Below, in pieces: positions 41,493 to 56,763 of a stretch of DNA of 64,000 bases. Within the stretch, counting starts at the first letter, position 1; the number at the start of each line of letters is the position of its first letter. Source of the DNA: Octopus vulgaris (Eukaryota); NCBI GenBank assembly GCA_951406725.2, contig OX597827.1, forward strand, positions 10,788,001-10,852,000, in the 5' to 3' direction. The notes under the pieces are model-generated. The model saw nothing but the letters and a program-made list of their open reading frames with translations, ran no database searches and was not told where the DNA came from. The translations under genes were made by a program, and so were the position numbers.

Positions 41493-41710
41493 CAAAGAGT
41501 GCTGAAATGTTCCTGGCTTTGGATAGAAGAAAATGCAGGAGGATCGGTCAATTATGATTTTATCCAACATATTTCCCTCTCAGATTCACAAACCTATTGC
41601 AGCGGTTCTTCAATTTTTTTCTAAGCACTTCAAATGAACTCAGAAGGTTGGGCCTCTAACCAGGCGTTTCATGATACCCTTAAAGACAGGAACTTTCCAA
41701 CACCCACTTG
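41493..41710. mobile_element. Mariner-type MITE
   Basis: TA-flanked; homologous to 39971-40188. Confidence 0.7.
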
Positions 41711-41971
41711 TACACTGACGCACAACCAATTTTTTCTGGGGTGAACAAGAAGACAACTGTAAACCATTCAGCATATTGGGAAACCAACAAATAAGTATAT
41801 TGGTTTTTAAATTTTGGCACAAGGCCAGTAATTTTCGGGAAAAGGATAAGTCGATTAATTTGACCCCTGTGTTCGGCTGGTATTTATCTTACCAACCCCA
41901 AAAGGATGAAAGGTAAAGCTGAGCACAACAGATTTTGAACTCAGAGCATAAGGATGGATGAAGTGTCATTA

Positions 41972-42135
41972 GGCATAGGAGTGGCTGTGTGGTAAGTAGC
42001 TTGCTAACCAACCACATGGTTCCGGGTTCAGTCCCACTGTGTGGCATCTTGGGCAAGTGTCTTCTGCTATAGCCCCGGGCCAACCAATGCCTGTGAGTGT
42101 ATTTGGTAGACGGAAACTGAAAGAAGCCTGTCATA

Positions 42136-42190
<55 letters not shown>

Positions 42191-42311
42191 TTATGTGTCT
42201 ATGTTTGTTCCCCCAGCATTGCTTGACAACCGATGCTGGTGTGTTTACGTCCCCATCACTTAGTGGTTCGGCAAAAGAGACCGATAGAGTAAGTACTGGG
42301 CTTACAAAGAA
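41972..42311 (+). mobile_element. SINE family A, 3'-truncated
   Basis: Homology to 15000 copy up to cttacaaagaa. Confidence 0.88.
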
Positions 42312-42554
42312 TTTGAACTCAGGGCATAAAGATGGATGAAATGTCACTAAGCATTTATCCTAGCATGCTAGCAATTTTGCCAGCCAGCCACCTTATTGAA
42401 TACTTAAATTGGTTTCAAATTTCAGCACAATGCCAGAAATTTCAGAGAGGATAAGTTAATTACATCAACCTCTGTGTTCAACTAGTAATTATTTCATTCA
42501 CCCCTGAAGGATAAAAGATGAAGTTGACCTTGGCAGAATTTGAACTCAGTGAAA

Positions 42555-42790
42555 GGTGGTGAGTTGGCAGAATCATTAACACGCCGGGCGAAATGCTTAG
42601 CGATACTTCTTCTGCCGTTACTCTTTGTGTTCAAATTCCTCCGAGGTCAACTTTGCCTTTCATCCTTTCAGGGTTGATAAATTAAGTACCAGTGACGCAC
42701 TGGGGTCGATGTAATCGACTTAATCCCTTTGTCTGTCCTTGTTTGTCCCCTCTATGTTTAGCCCCTTGTGGGTAGTAAAGAAATAAGAAT
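42555..42790 (+). mobile_element. SINE family D
   Basis: Near-identical to 17560-17782. Confidence 0.8.
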
Positions 42791-43175
42791 TTGAACGCAG
42801 TATGTACAGACAGAGGAAATGCTGCTAAGCATTTTGCCTGGTGTACTAACATTTCTGCCAGTTCACTGCCTTTATAAATACTTATATTAATATGCATTAA
42901 TACACTTATAGGTGCAGACATGAGTGTGAGGTTAAGAAGCTTGCTTTGCTTCAGGTTCAATCCCACTGCACATCACCTTGGGTAAGTGTTTCCTAATAAT
43001 TCAGCTAGTTTGCCACTCTTAAGTGTTTCAACATTTGACACATGACTAGCGATTTTATGGACGGTGGTATAGTTGATTATATCAAACCCAGTGCTTGACT
43101 GGTACTCATTTTATCAACTCCAAAAGGACAAAAGATAAAGCAAACCTCAGTGGAATGTAATGAATATATACTCTA

Positions 43176-43593
43176 ACTCTTTTACTCTTTTACTTGTTTC
43201 AGTCATCTGACTGCGGTCATGCTGGAGCACCACCTTTAGTTGAGCAAATCAACCGCAGGACTTATTCTTTGTAAGCCTAGTACTTATTCTATCAGTCTCT
43301 TTTGCCGAACTGCTAAGTTACAGGGATGTAAACACACCACCATCAGTTGTCAAGAAATGTTGGCGGGGACAAACACAGACACACACAAACATATACACAC
43401 ACATACATATATATATATATAAACATATATACGACAAGCTTCTTTCAGTTTCCATCTACCAAATCTACTCACAAGGCTTTGGTTGGCATGAGGCTATAGT
43501 AGAAGGCATTTGCCCAAGGTGCCATGCAGTGGGAATGAACCCAGAACCATGTGGTTGGTAAACAAGCTACTTACCACACAGCCACTCCTGCAC
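43176..43593 (-). mobile_element. SINE family A
   Basis: Homology to 15000-15420. Confidence 0.88.
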
Positions 43594-45055
43594 TTATAAT
43601 ATGAATGATAACATGTATAACATGATTTTTGTCCTTGGGTATCAACTGCTATTTCTTATTTGCTTACCCTGAGAAAGTATGAAAAATATCTTATATAACC
43701 TTCAGACTTTGCTTTTATTGCATCTATTCAAAAACCCTAAAGAAGCCCTCTCAACAAATGGCTATAATCCACCCCACCTAATAGTGCTCATGATCAGAGA
43801 TGTGCATATTGTCAGCCACTAAGGAACTTGCTCAAGTAGTTAAGGTCAAGCAACTAATAAGCAAATCTGTGGTATTGAGCAGAATATTTGCTATAATGAT
43901 AGTTCTGCCTCAACAACTCAGTACTGAATCTGTCTGAAGTGTAATGGAAAATAGGTCAGTTTCAAAACAAGTCACAAAAGCAAATTTGAAGGGAATAGTA
44001 GTCATTTGCTTTGATTTGTAGAAGAGGCAAGTAGGAAATAACACTTATTAACCAAAAAAAAAAAATTGTTACATAGTATAATATAAAAGAAATGCTTAAA
44101 TAATTTTTGGAGGAATGCTCCAAGACATTACCAACGGGTGTCATTAAAAATTGTTGATTAATATGATTCTTTGTACAGGTGTCATGCTAACAATGACAAA
44201 ATATCTCAGAATACAACTAATTTCTTTATTTTTAAATAACAAAGAATAACAAAGATCTTAGAAAGAATTACTCAACAATGATGCTAATAAAATCCTTTCT
44301 ACTATAGACACAAGGCCTGAAATTTGTGTGGAGGGGGTAAGTTGATCATTGACCCCAATATTGATCCCAGAACTCACCTGGTACTTAATTGATCGAACCT
44401 GAAAGGATGAAAGGCAAAGTCAATCTTGGTGGAATTTAAACTCAGATTGTAAAGATGAGTGAAATACCAATAAGCATTTCATCCAGTGTGCTAATGATTC
44501 TGTCAGCTTTCTGCTTTTGCAATGATGCTAATAATAAAGAGTATTTTTTATTACATTCAGGAGAAAATCAAGTCACCTGTTTAATAATGTAATCTGTTCT
44601 TATTAAGAAAAACCTAACCTTCTACATTACAGAATCTTACTTGCTCTCTCTCTCTCTCACTCTTTCTTTCACTCTCTCTCTCTCTCTCTCCCTCTTTTAC
44701 CCTCTTTATCCTTCTTTCACTCTCTCTCCCACTTTCACTCTCTTTCCTCATTAAACTTTCTCCCCACTCTTCTTTCCACTTGCTCTTCCACCTTCTTTCA
44801 CACTCTACCCTCCTCACTCTCCTCCTCTTCACTCTTTCAGCATTCATCCTCTGTCTCCTCTTCCTCCTCACTCTCCTCTTCCTCCTCACTCTCTCCCTTC
44901 CAACTCTTTTGGAATTCATTCTCTCTCCCCCCCTCCCCTTTCTTCCCCCTCTCTCTCTCTCAACTGTATCCCTTCATTTCCTGTGCCAATAAGCACCACG
45001 TGCTGCATTGGTTAACAAATCCTGAAATGTGCAATATCTCAAGAATTGTACTAAC

Positions 45056-45130
45056 CTTGTTTACAGTCATTTTCAATGATGTAAGGAACTCACTAATACA
45101 AGGGAGAAAACTCTCATCAGTTCCCATCAT
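45056..45130 (-). CDS. Candidate coding exon part MMGTDESFLPCISEFLTSLKMTVNK (phase-0 donor)
   Basis: AAG|gttagt donor; possible acceptors at 45192 or 45238; complex, non-repetitive sequence; no homology recognised. Confidence 0.35.
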
Positions 45131-45483
45131 CGATTTTTGTTCAGGAACAAAATCATCACAAGGACTAGATGTTTGACTCACAAAATTTTCAACTGGACAT
45201 TAAAAGACAATACGCCTGTACACATATTAATCTGCTGACTGAAACCATAGCAAACAGCAATGCATGCAGTCTTTCATACAAAAGATCTCCACCAAATAAA
45301 CATTCATTTCTTTTACTCCCTTGAACTTCTACTTTTGATAAAATGTTGATTGTTCAAGCTCAAGACCAACATTACTTAGAATTGAAAGATATGCAATTCA
45401 AAAATACTCCCGAAATACACCCTAGTTAGAAAGTAACTATAGCTGTAAACTGTATCACAATATAAAATAAAAAATAAAGCATA

Positions 45484-46270
45484 GGTGCAGGAGTGGCTGT
45501 GTGGTAAGTAGCTTGTCTACCAACCACATGGTTCTGGGTTCAGTCCCACTGTGTGGCACTTTGGGCAAGTGTCTTCTACTATAGTCTCGGGCTGACCAAA
45601 GCCTTGTGTGTGGATTTGGTAGACGGAAACTGAAAGAAGCCCGTCGTATATACGTATATATATATCTCTCTATATAAACGGCAGTTTGTCTGTGCGTGTT
45701 TCTGTGTGTCTGTCAGGTTGTACCTCACCTGACCACGGCTTTCAACCGATTCTGATGAAACTTGACACACACATAGCCCAATGTCATAATTCAAAACTAA
45801 CGCAGTGAAAATTTTGAAAAGTTCCCCCAGTTCTGAAAAAATCGATAAATTCGACATGGGGTCGAGAATCACAAACACAAACCACAAACTGACTAGGGGA
45901 CGCAACTCCACCTTTTTAAATCTCAAAAAAAAATTTACCATAATTTTTTTCCATTTTTTGCTATTTTTTGGCTATAACTCTCTAAAAATGCTTTATAGTT
46001 ATTTCCCTTACAAACCTGAGCAACGCCGGGCGATACTGCTAGTATATATATATATGCGTGTGTGTGTCTGTGTTTGTCCCCTTAGCATTGCTTGACAACC
46101 GATGCTGGTGTCTTTATGTCCCCGTCACTTAGCAGTTCGGCAAAAGAGACCGATAGAATAAGTACTGGGCTTACAAAAGAATAAGTCCCGGGGTCGAGTT
46201 GCTCGGTTAAAGGCGGTGCTCCAGCATGGCTGCAGTCAAATGACTGAAACAAGTAAAAGAGTAAAAGAGT
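45484..46270 (+). mobile_element. SINE family A interrupted by a Helitron
   Basis: Head 45484-45646 and tail ~46056-46270 flank the insertion in the internal (TA)n. Confidence 0.9.
45665..46042 (+). mobile_element. Non-autonomous Helitron, subfamily B, complete
   Basis: A|TCtctctatataaa...cctgagcaacgccggg cgatactgCTAG|T. Confidence 0.9.
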
Positions 46271-46994
46271 ATATCACATAAGGTGCTGAACAAGTAAAGC
46301 AGCAATTAAATTGAACTTCATATCATTAAAAGAAAATTATAAACGTCTTAAGGGAATTTGATAAGTGCCCTGATTGAATTATCCTGCATAAATAGGAAAA
46401 GATCAGATTTAAAAGAAAGTCAAATGTGGTAAATGGGATGAAAGACAACAGGACAAACAAACCAGAACAAAAGAAAATAGAAAGAACATGAAAATTTTAA
46501 ATGACATCAAAGTTTGACATGAAAGAATGCAAATTTGGGAGAAACTTTTTAATCCAATATTCAGGTTCAAAAAATTTTCATTTTCTGGGAAACTGCATTA
46601 AAAGGGCAGAAATATTGATTTAATCCAATGGGATTAAATCGATATTTCATCTCTTCTAAAGGAATGGCTACTCATGGGGCTTCACTGAACGAGACAAAAC
46701 CTGTTTTTTATGAGATTTCTCTGCATAAAAAATATTATTTAAAGCATATTTTTTTTTTATTAGTTTCAACCAGAGAGCTGTGGCCATGCTGGAGCGCTGT
46801 CATTAAACATTGGTTTCAAATTTTGACACAAGGCCAGCAATTTCGGTTAAGGGAGTAAGTTGATATCATTCACCGCAGTTCTCGACTTATATCTTATTTT
46901 ATCGACCCTGAAGGGTGAAAGGTAAGGTTGATCTCAGTGGAATTTGAACTCAGGACATGAAGACAAAATGCTGCAAAGCATTTTTCCCAACATG

Positions 46995-47037
<43 letters not shown>

Positions 47038-47063
47038 TAGATATATATATATATATATATATA

Positions 47064-47255
<192 letters not shown>

Positions 47256-47587
47256 TATATATATATATATATATAAAATAAAACTGAAAAATACATATTA
47301 ATTTCAGAGCATCACCAATGAGCAAAAAACATGCATATGATTCCAGGAATGATTTTTAATAACTGGATCACAACAGATAAAAACAAAAAGCTATATATAT
47401 ATACATATATATATATACATAAAGTAACTACAATTGTCTTCACTCTAGAAGAAAGAAAGACAGTTAAACAAAATATCAAACTAACCATTATGTAAACCTT
47501 AAATTGAGACATGTATATTTTTTTTTTTTTTTTTTTTTGTACTTGTTTCAGTCATTTGACTGCGGCCATGCTGGAGCACCGCCTTTT

Positions 47588-47755
47588 AGAGTGGTGAAAG
47601 AGTACAGCAGGGATCACCACCATCCCCTGCCGGAGCCTCGTGGAGCTTTTAGGTGTTTTCGCTCAATAAACACACACAACGCCCGGTCTGGGAATCGAAA
47701 CCGCGATCCTCCGACCGCAAGTCCGCTGCCCTAACCACTCGGCCATTGCGCCTCC
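47588..47755 (-). mobile_element. SINE family B head, joined to a SINE A-type tail (47535-47587)
   Basis: Reverse complement of ~27247-27412. Confidence 0.8.
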
Positions 47756-48224
47756 ATATGCTCATGATGATCTATGATCTTAAATTAATAGACTGTTTTT
47801 ACATAGTTTCATTACTCAGTAATTTTTCATTGAAGATTTTATTTTAATCTCCATCAATAATTTTAAGCTTCATCAATCAGTTCATGAATGGCTGTGTGAT
47901 TTATTAAAGAACAAAACAATAACAACATTCTTTTATTGTTATCATGTGTGTCATGAGGTGGTGAGCTGGCAGAATTGTTAGCATGCTCGGTAAAATGCTT
48001 AGCGGCATTTCATCTGTCTTGATGTTCTGATTTCAAATTCTACCAAGGTCAACTTTGCATTTCATCCTTTCAGTGTCAATGAAAAAAGTACCAGTTCAGC
48101 ACTGAAATCAATGGGATTGACTTACTCCCACTTCCGAAACTGCGGGCCTTGTGCCAAAATTTGAAACCTTTAGCATATGTCATAAATATATGTCATTAAT
48201 AATTCTTTAATTGCTTCGTGTTCT

Positions 48225-48545
48225 CAAGTATCTTTCACATCAAGTGCATCAACATCAAAATAAATATCAAATGGAAATTGTAGTTGTGATACCTGTGCCA
48301 GTAGCACGTAAAAAGCACCATTCGAACGTGTCCAATGCCAGTGCCGCCTTGACTGGCTTCTGTGCCGGTGGCATGTAAAAAGCACCCACTAGACTCATGG
48401 AGTGGTTGGCGTTAGGAAGGGCATCCAGATGTAGAAACACAGTCAGATCAGACTGGAGCCTGGTGCAGCCTTCTGGCTTCCCAGACCCCGGTCAAACCAT
48501 CCAACTCGAGCTAGCATGGAAAACGAACATTAAACAATGATGATA
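48225..48545 (+). mobile_element. Repeat family E with two internal units
   Basis: gcacgtaaaaagcacc-like unit x2; ggttggcgttaggaagggcatccag; (GAT)n tail. Confidence 0.78.
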
Positions 48546-49019
48546 TAACTTCATAATTATCAGTCTTTAAAATTATTAGATATTTACTGGGGTATGGATT
48601 AGAATATACTTTTGCACTAAACAAAGAATTATCTAGAATTATGGTTGGAGGATTAAAAAATTTCTACAGATTTAGATGCAAAGAGAAGATTCTGAAATCA
48701 ACATACCTGGTTCCTTTATCCATTTGAAGTTTCAAAATGTTTTCAAATGGATAACATTCATTCATCAAGAGGCTTTCCTGGTAGTGGATATCAACTGACT
48801 TGGGATGGATAACATGTCCATTCGTAGACTCATTTATGGTAGCAGATATCAACTGTCTTGCTCGCGACTCTAATCACTGTTGTTGTATGCATGACTCGTC
48901 CTCCACTAAATCATAATATGCACTTCACGCAACTACACACTACATCATGGAGTGAATGCACTCCACTATGCTATATCTACTATTTCAGGTGATTCACATA
49001 CAACTGGAAATTGTAAATC

Positions 49020-49056
<37 letters not shown>

Positions 49057-49067
49057 TACACATACAC

Positions 49068-49159
<92 letters not shown>

Positions 49160-49363
49160 TATATATATATACATACACATATATAAATATATATACACAC
49201 ATACATATTTGTATGTGTGTGTGTATCTATCTATATATATATATATATACATACATATGTGTGTGTGATGTAAAACATGTGAATGTATAACTTAGAATAA
49301 GATAAAAAGTTTCCCTTATACAAAGATGCACATTTACATATATGTATATATATATATGTATAC

Positions 49364-49406
<43 letters not shown>

Positions 49407-49407
49407 C

Positions 49408-49444
<37 letters not shown>

Positions 49445-49669
49445 CGTATATATATATATACATACATATATATATATATACACACATGTGTATGCATATG
49501 TTTGTGTGTATATATAAATATATATATGTGTGTGTGTGTTTATATATGTCTAAAGACATATATGTGTTTGTGTGTGTAAGTGTGTATATATATACATGTG
49601 TCTGTGTATGTATGTATATATGTCTATATAGATCTATATCCTATATATATACATACATATATATATATA

Positions 49670-49710
<41 letters not shown>

Positions 49711-50005
49711 TACATATATATATGCTCTTAAGTATCCGGAAAATCTGTGCATATATACACATATCTATACACACATACACAAATACACACGTGTATATGT
49801 ATATACTGCCAATCACTGTTTTGACCGTAATCCTTGATAAATATAGACTGTTATAAGTCTGTGGTATTGAAACAGAATGTTCTCAAGTTTTCTACATTGT
49901 TCTGATAACTGTAAGAAGCTAGGTCATGTGTACAAATACTTTTTTTTATAAAACATAACTTTCTTTCTTTCTTTTATCTTTCAACACAACTTAAAATGTG
50001 TGAAT

Positions 50006-50046
<41 letters not shown>

Positions 50047-50095
50047 TACCTGTATATATATATATATTATATATATATATATGTATATATATTTA

Positions 50096-50156
<61 letters not shown>

Positions 50157-50360
50157 GTATATATATATATATGTACATATTTGTGTGTGTTTGTGTGTGT
50201 AAAATATATGTGCACACATTTTGTATAGAGTCATGCATGCATATACATATGTATATACTCATATACACAAGTCAAGTATAAACATTTATTCTCAAATCCT
50301 CAACTCAAACACACTAACACATTCCTATATATACATACATGTGTGTATATACACACACAC

Positions 50361-50421
<61 letters not shown>

Positions 50422-51129
50422 TACATACATATATATACATATATATACAATTCTGTAGGAGGAGACACATTTATAAGTACTAAATACAAATGGTTACGTA
50501 AGTCTGAGAGTATGTGCATGTGTATATACATATCCATACATAGATATTTATATTTATATATGTGTATATATATATGTATATACATATTTATATATATATA
50601 TATGTATATATATGTATGCATAAATATATATTTGTGTGTATATACATGCATATGCACAGATACATGCATGCATGCATACATACATACATACATACATGCA
50701 TACATACATACATACATACATACATACATACATACATACATACATACATACATACATACATACATACGATGTGCTTTTAGGTATGAATGATAAGATGAGG
50801 TTAGAGTCTTCGTTGACTCAATGATGTGAAATTAAATGGAAACTTAAAAGCCCTACATTATCAATTTTTGTAAAATAAAAGACACAATGACAGCACCATA
50901 GGATGAAGAGAATAAGGGTATTCCTTTCAGTTTCTTCGATGGCCAACTTAATCTGAATTTTTGCTTCCGTTTCTTATTGCGTTTTAGTGATAATATTTGA
51001 TGTGCTTTTTACATATTATTTTTATTTGATATTTTTTGTTTGTTTTTGTTTTTTTTTTTAACATTTATTTTTTTAAAATTGTATTTTCAAAGGGATTGAA
51101 CGTTTCCAAATGTTTTGCTGTGTACGTAC

Positions 51130-51213
51130 CTGCGACCCCTGTATTGTGTTACCCTCCCATATTTTTGAACAGGGAAGCCTCTACAAAATAAACAGAGCCC
51201 CAAGTTGAAGACC
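51130..51213 (-). other. Candidate 84-nt exon
   Basis: Acceptor cctgcctctcttctctcacag| and donor CAG|gtacgt; only one frame open (phase 2-2). Confidence 0.4.
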
Positions 51214-51364
51214 CTGTGAGAGAAGAGAGGCAGGAAATCTTAAGATTTTTTTAAAATATAGCAACAGCATGATGCCGTTAGGTAAAACAATAAAAGTATC
51301 TATATACTCTCACTGCCAACACTCCACAACCCGTCCACACACTTAGAACTTCATCTCATCCTGT

Positions 51365-51414
<50 letters not shown>

Positions 51415-51417
51415 ATA

Positions 51418-51549
<132 letters not shown>

Positions 51550-51625
51550 CAGAGAGAGACAGAAACATAGAGATGGATAGATAGATAGATATATACATAT
51601 ATATGTATATGCATACATGTATGTG

Positions 51626-51659
<34 letters not shown>

Positions 51660-52403
51660 TATACACATATATATATACACACACATATATACACATACAC
51701 ACACATATATGTATACACGCATATATATATACATATATATATATGTACATATACATATATATATTTGTATATATGTGTGCATGTGGAGTGTTGTTGGGCA
51801 TATGCCTACATACATGCATACACATTGGAATAACTAATTTTTACAGTTGGATAACTTTCCTACTACTAAACATTTACCCACAATTCAACTGTAAATTATT
51901 AGCATTGGAAACATAGTGTTGTCAAACAGTCAAAACAGACATATATAGACAGCAGCAGTTAAATATTGCCTTGCATACAGGGTTTGTTGTAAGTAAAGTT
52001 GTGCAATGGCTATATGTAAGATTTGAACCTCTGGTTAGAAGAATTATATCATTCTCACCGCTGAAGAAGGGACATCAAATAGTGATGTCAGTTGAACCAA
52101 TGAAAATCTATACTAAAGAAAAAATATGGAGCACCAGTTCTTGTTACCTCTCCCTATAATTTAACACTTATTTACCTTGATCTTGGATCAAATTTTTCAA
52201 GTTTCAAAGCTCACATTTATTTTCTTAAGAAGTTCAGACTTTGCTGAAGAAGTCTTGGAAAGCACCAATATATGCTTGCAATGGAATCCTTAATATACAT
52301 AGATGAATGTCAGCTTGCCACTCTGCTCACATGTGCATGTATATATTTGTGCGTGTGTACATGTGCGTTTAACTACATATATGGCTACAAGTATGTGTAT
52401 GTT

Positions 52404-52448
<45 letters not shown>

Positions 52449-52692
52449 TGGAGTAATTATCATTGTTCAAAGTATCTTTGTACTCTTTTATTCCATCTGA
52501 TGCTTTGGGAAGCATTCTATTTTACATGTATAATAAATATATAGATAAGTACAGCTATATATCCACATATATATATATATAAGGGTATACATATATTTAT
52601 GTATTTTATATTCTATGTTTTAATAGAGTATGTGTGTGCGAGTACATGTATAAATATATATAAGCATATATACACACACATATATATATGTG

Positions 52693-52786
<94 letters not shown>

Positions 52787-53282
52787 CATATATATATATA
52801 TACATATATATATATACATATATATATATACATATATATATTTATATATATACATACTTAGATACATACATATATACATACATATGTATGTATGTATATG
52901 TATACTTGAATATATACATCTTATATTCTACTGTCTGATTTCATTTTCAATTTCATTGTATATATTCATTGCATTTTTCTATGTATTGTATAAGTGAATC
53001 CTATAATATATGTGTATGTATATCCATACATATATCTATGTTTTATGTCCATATATGCATATGTGCGTGTGTAGTCTCTGAACACGTATGAATGTATATG
53101 CCTACATATTTTTTTTTTACATTCTATCTGACAGATATACATGAATAGTATTATGAATTAACGCCAAAGATATGTCTATGCAACCAATTGTCTACATCTT
53201 AATGTATATACATACTTTTATGCATATATGTATATATATACATATGTATATATATGTATATACAAACACATGTATACATATG

Positions 53283-53379
<97 letters not shown>

Positions 53380-54386
53380 ATATTTTTATGTACATATATA
53401 TGTGTGTGTGTGTGTATATACATTCACACTGTATATACCTTCAGACATTATATCACATATGCATAATATAGACAATGAATGTGTGTACCTTTAATTACGA
53501 GTTTGTTCGTTCTTGTCGACAACTATTCACTTATTGACATATGAAATTTTAAAAACTATATTCAGTTCAGAGATTCTACATGTAAACTAATCATTTTTAA
53601 TTAGATATTGTTCACGTAAATAAATAAAAAAAAAAAAAAATAAATAGGAATTAAGAATATAGAAGAACCTGTATAAAAACAGTTATCTTTTAAACTTCAT
53701 AATTAAGATGAGAATTTTAAGTGTGAAATTTCATTAAAAATAATATTCCCACAAATTTTAATGTCTGTCAAAGCTTGAATCCTCATCAACCACTTCGATG
53801 TTTTTTTTGGTTAATGTGTGCTGAAGATTGCTGGATGAAATGATCATCTGAACAACAAGGAAAGATAACTCTGATTATCTCACGTAACACATTTACAAAA
53901 CCAGTAATTCAATTTTTTTTTTTTTTTTGCTTTTTTTATCTAACTAGATGATGATGATGAACAGAAACGTATTATTTATTATAAAATAAGATATTCCAGT
54001 AGGGGGAGAGGAGGGGAAGATGGGGGGCACAACTCTACATTGAAATATGCACCGTTTTCAGATTAGAATTTTAAAGTATTCTCATTCTTAAACTGATTCA
54101 TCTATTTCTACAAAAGTGTAGTCCATTGTAAAATTCGGATTTATTGAAATAACAAAAAAAAAAAAAAAAGAAACACTATGACTAAATGGATATGTGTGTA
54201 TGCCTGTGTATATGGATGTACCTATGAATGCATGAATATACGTGTGTGTATATATATATATATATATATGTATGTACAAATGTATATCTATATATATATA
54301 TTCATAAACATAGATAGATTGATAGGTAGTAAGTATATACATAGATGCACATAGATATATGTATGTATATGTATATATACATACAT

Positions 54387-54420
<34 letters not shown>

Positions 54421-54555
54421 CCATGTGTGTGTACATGTTTAGATCGATTCCCTTGATTAAAATTATATACAATTTTCTTTGTTCACATGCAAATGATGCT
54501 TGAAGCTATGCAAATCCATGAATCTATATACATATATATATATAAGTACTAATAC

Positions 54556-54588
<33 letters not shown>

Positions 54589-54613
54589 AACACACACACA
54601 CATACATTCATAT

Positions 54614-54650
<37 letters not shown>

Positions 54651-55079
54651 ATGTGTATATGTATATATACATATATACAAACATACCTATAAACACACAT
54701 GTATATAATCTATATGTATATTGTATAACATAATATCAATATACAGATACATACTTACATGTAGCTATACCCATATATATATATGCACATATATGCATGC
54801 ATTCTGACATAGATGCACACACACATACATGCAATATATATGCATACATGTGTCTTAAAATATATAGTACTTTTTTTTGTTCTTTATGATTCGTTATTAT
54901 AGCAGAAGTTTTTTTTTTTTAAAAATCATGTCTTTTTCTTTTCCTGTAAAATCATACACTTGCATAATTATGGTCACATATAGGTATAGGCATACATGAC
55001 TGCATGAATGCATGAATGTAAATATGCAGTCATAAAGCATACTCTATTATATAACATAATATTAGTATGATGTGTATTA

Positions 55080-55111
<32 letters not shown>

Positions 55112-55186
55112 GTGTGTGTGTGTGTATATGTATGTACATATATGTATGTGTATGTGTATATACATGTATATATGTGTATATATGTA

Positions 55187-55337
<151 letters not shown>

Positions 55338-55502
55338 CGTATGTATGTATAATGTATCATAAATATTTCCATTTACATTTCTAATATTTCTGAGTCTGCA
55401 TATATTTATTCACATATACATGTACATACAAACATATATATATATACATATTCATACCTATATCTATTTATATATTTATGTATACATACACACATCTACA
55501 TA

Positions 55503-55550
<48 letters not shown>

Positions 55551-55615
55551 TATATATATATATGTACATATATACATATATATATATACATATATATATA
55601 TATGTACATATATAC

Positions 55616-55718
<103 letters not shown>

Positions 55719-56143
55719 CATACATGCAGCATGTGTGTGTCCATATTCATATGTACGTAATTATAAATTTTATTAGTTTGTAATTACTTTGTTTGTTTAG
55801 TTAATTTAAATAATTAGCATTCAAAATTTGCAAAAATTCACAGTTGCTTGACTTATGTGGTCACTGAAATAGTTTTATTTACATTTTCGGTGTTTTATGT
55901 GGAGACTTGCATTTCATCAGTGATTACATGCACGTTATATTTGGTTGCCTTTCTTGTCTTGCTTTCTATCTTTGCCAGAAATAGGACATCCACGTTTTGC
56001 ATAGACAGCTGAAAGAGAGAAATGAGATAGAACAAATTTATTACAAATGAAATACTGCATAATTAGTTAGTTTCATGAATTAATTATTTGCAAATGAAAC
56101 GGATTTACATATATTAATATACACATATTTTCATACATACTTA

Positions 56144-56189
<46 letters not shown>

Positions 56190-56218
56190 GTTAATAAAAT
56201 AGAACATATATATATATA

Positions 56219-56419
56219 TATATGTACGTACCTACCTCTACATGTACATATACACGCATATATGTGTACAGGACACCAAAAAGACGTCGAACACATAGAG
56301 AGACGAAAAACATAGACACAAACCAAGGAACAGGACAACAAAAAAAGAGATACAGGACAATAAGCACAACGAAAATCCCCTTCTTCAGTCGCTAAGTTTC
56401 ATCTACTCTACGTTTCGAA

Positions 56420-56421
<2 letters not shown>
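56219..56421 (-). mobile_element. TA-embedded repeat family F, diverged subfamily
   Basis: Same terminus and tcttcagtcgc..catctactc..tttcgaagg block as 28121 and 41095. Confidence 0.6.
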
Positions 56422-56453
<32 letters not shown>

Positions 56454-56519
56454 ATATATGTATATAGTACCTTACATATATACATATATTAATATACACA
56501 TATTTTCATACGGGACTTA

Positions 56520-56591
<72 letters not shown>

Positions 56592-56593
<2 letters not shown>

Positions 56594-56763
56594 TATTATA
56601 TAGAGGGCATTATTACACATAAATGCTGCACGCTAGGAGGGACTTTTAAAGTCAAAACTACCAAAATAAACAAATCGTACCGAATGCAATTTTCGAAGCG
56701 AGTCATTCAAAAACAGAATTTAGTTGCGGCATTTATGTGTAATAATGCCCTCTATATAATATA
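56592..56763. repeat. Inverted repeat, ~39-bp arms, ~94-bp spacer, in (TA)n
   Basis: tatattatatagagggcattattacacataaatgctgca vs tgcggcatttatgtgtaataatgccctctatataatata. Confidence 0.9.

Noticed and set aside
41934-42354. 43-bp direct repeat flanking a truncated SINE A, as a possible long TSD
   Set aside because: 5 of 43 positions mismatch, which looks older than the SINE, and the segment belongs to abundant SINE family D; adjacent old copies are the simpler explanation
44614-44919. Arg/Glu-rich ORF with an apparent donor CAA|gtaaga
   Set aside because: Low-complexity GA tract; the ORF is a compositional artefact
52058-52105. CUGAAGA followed by hairpin gacatca/tgatgtc
   Set aside because: No GAAA in register and no helix I/III; insufficient for a hammerhead call
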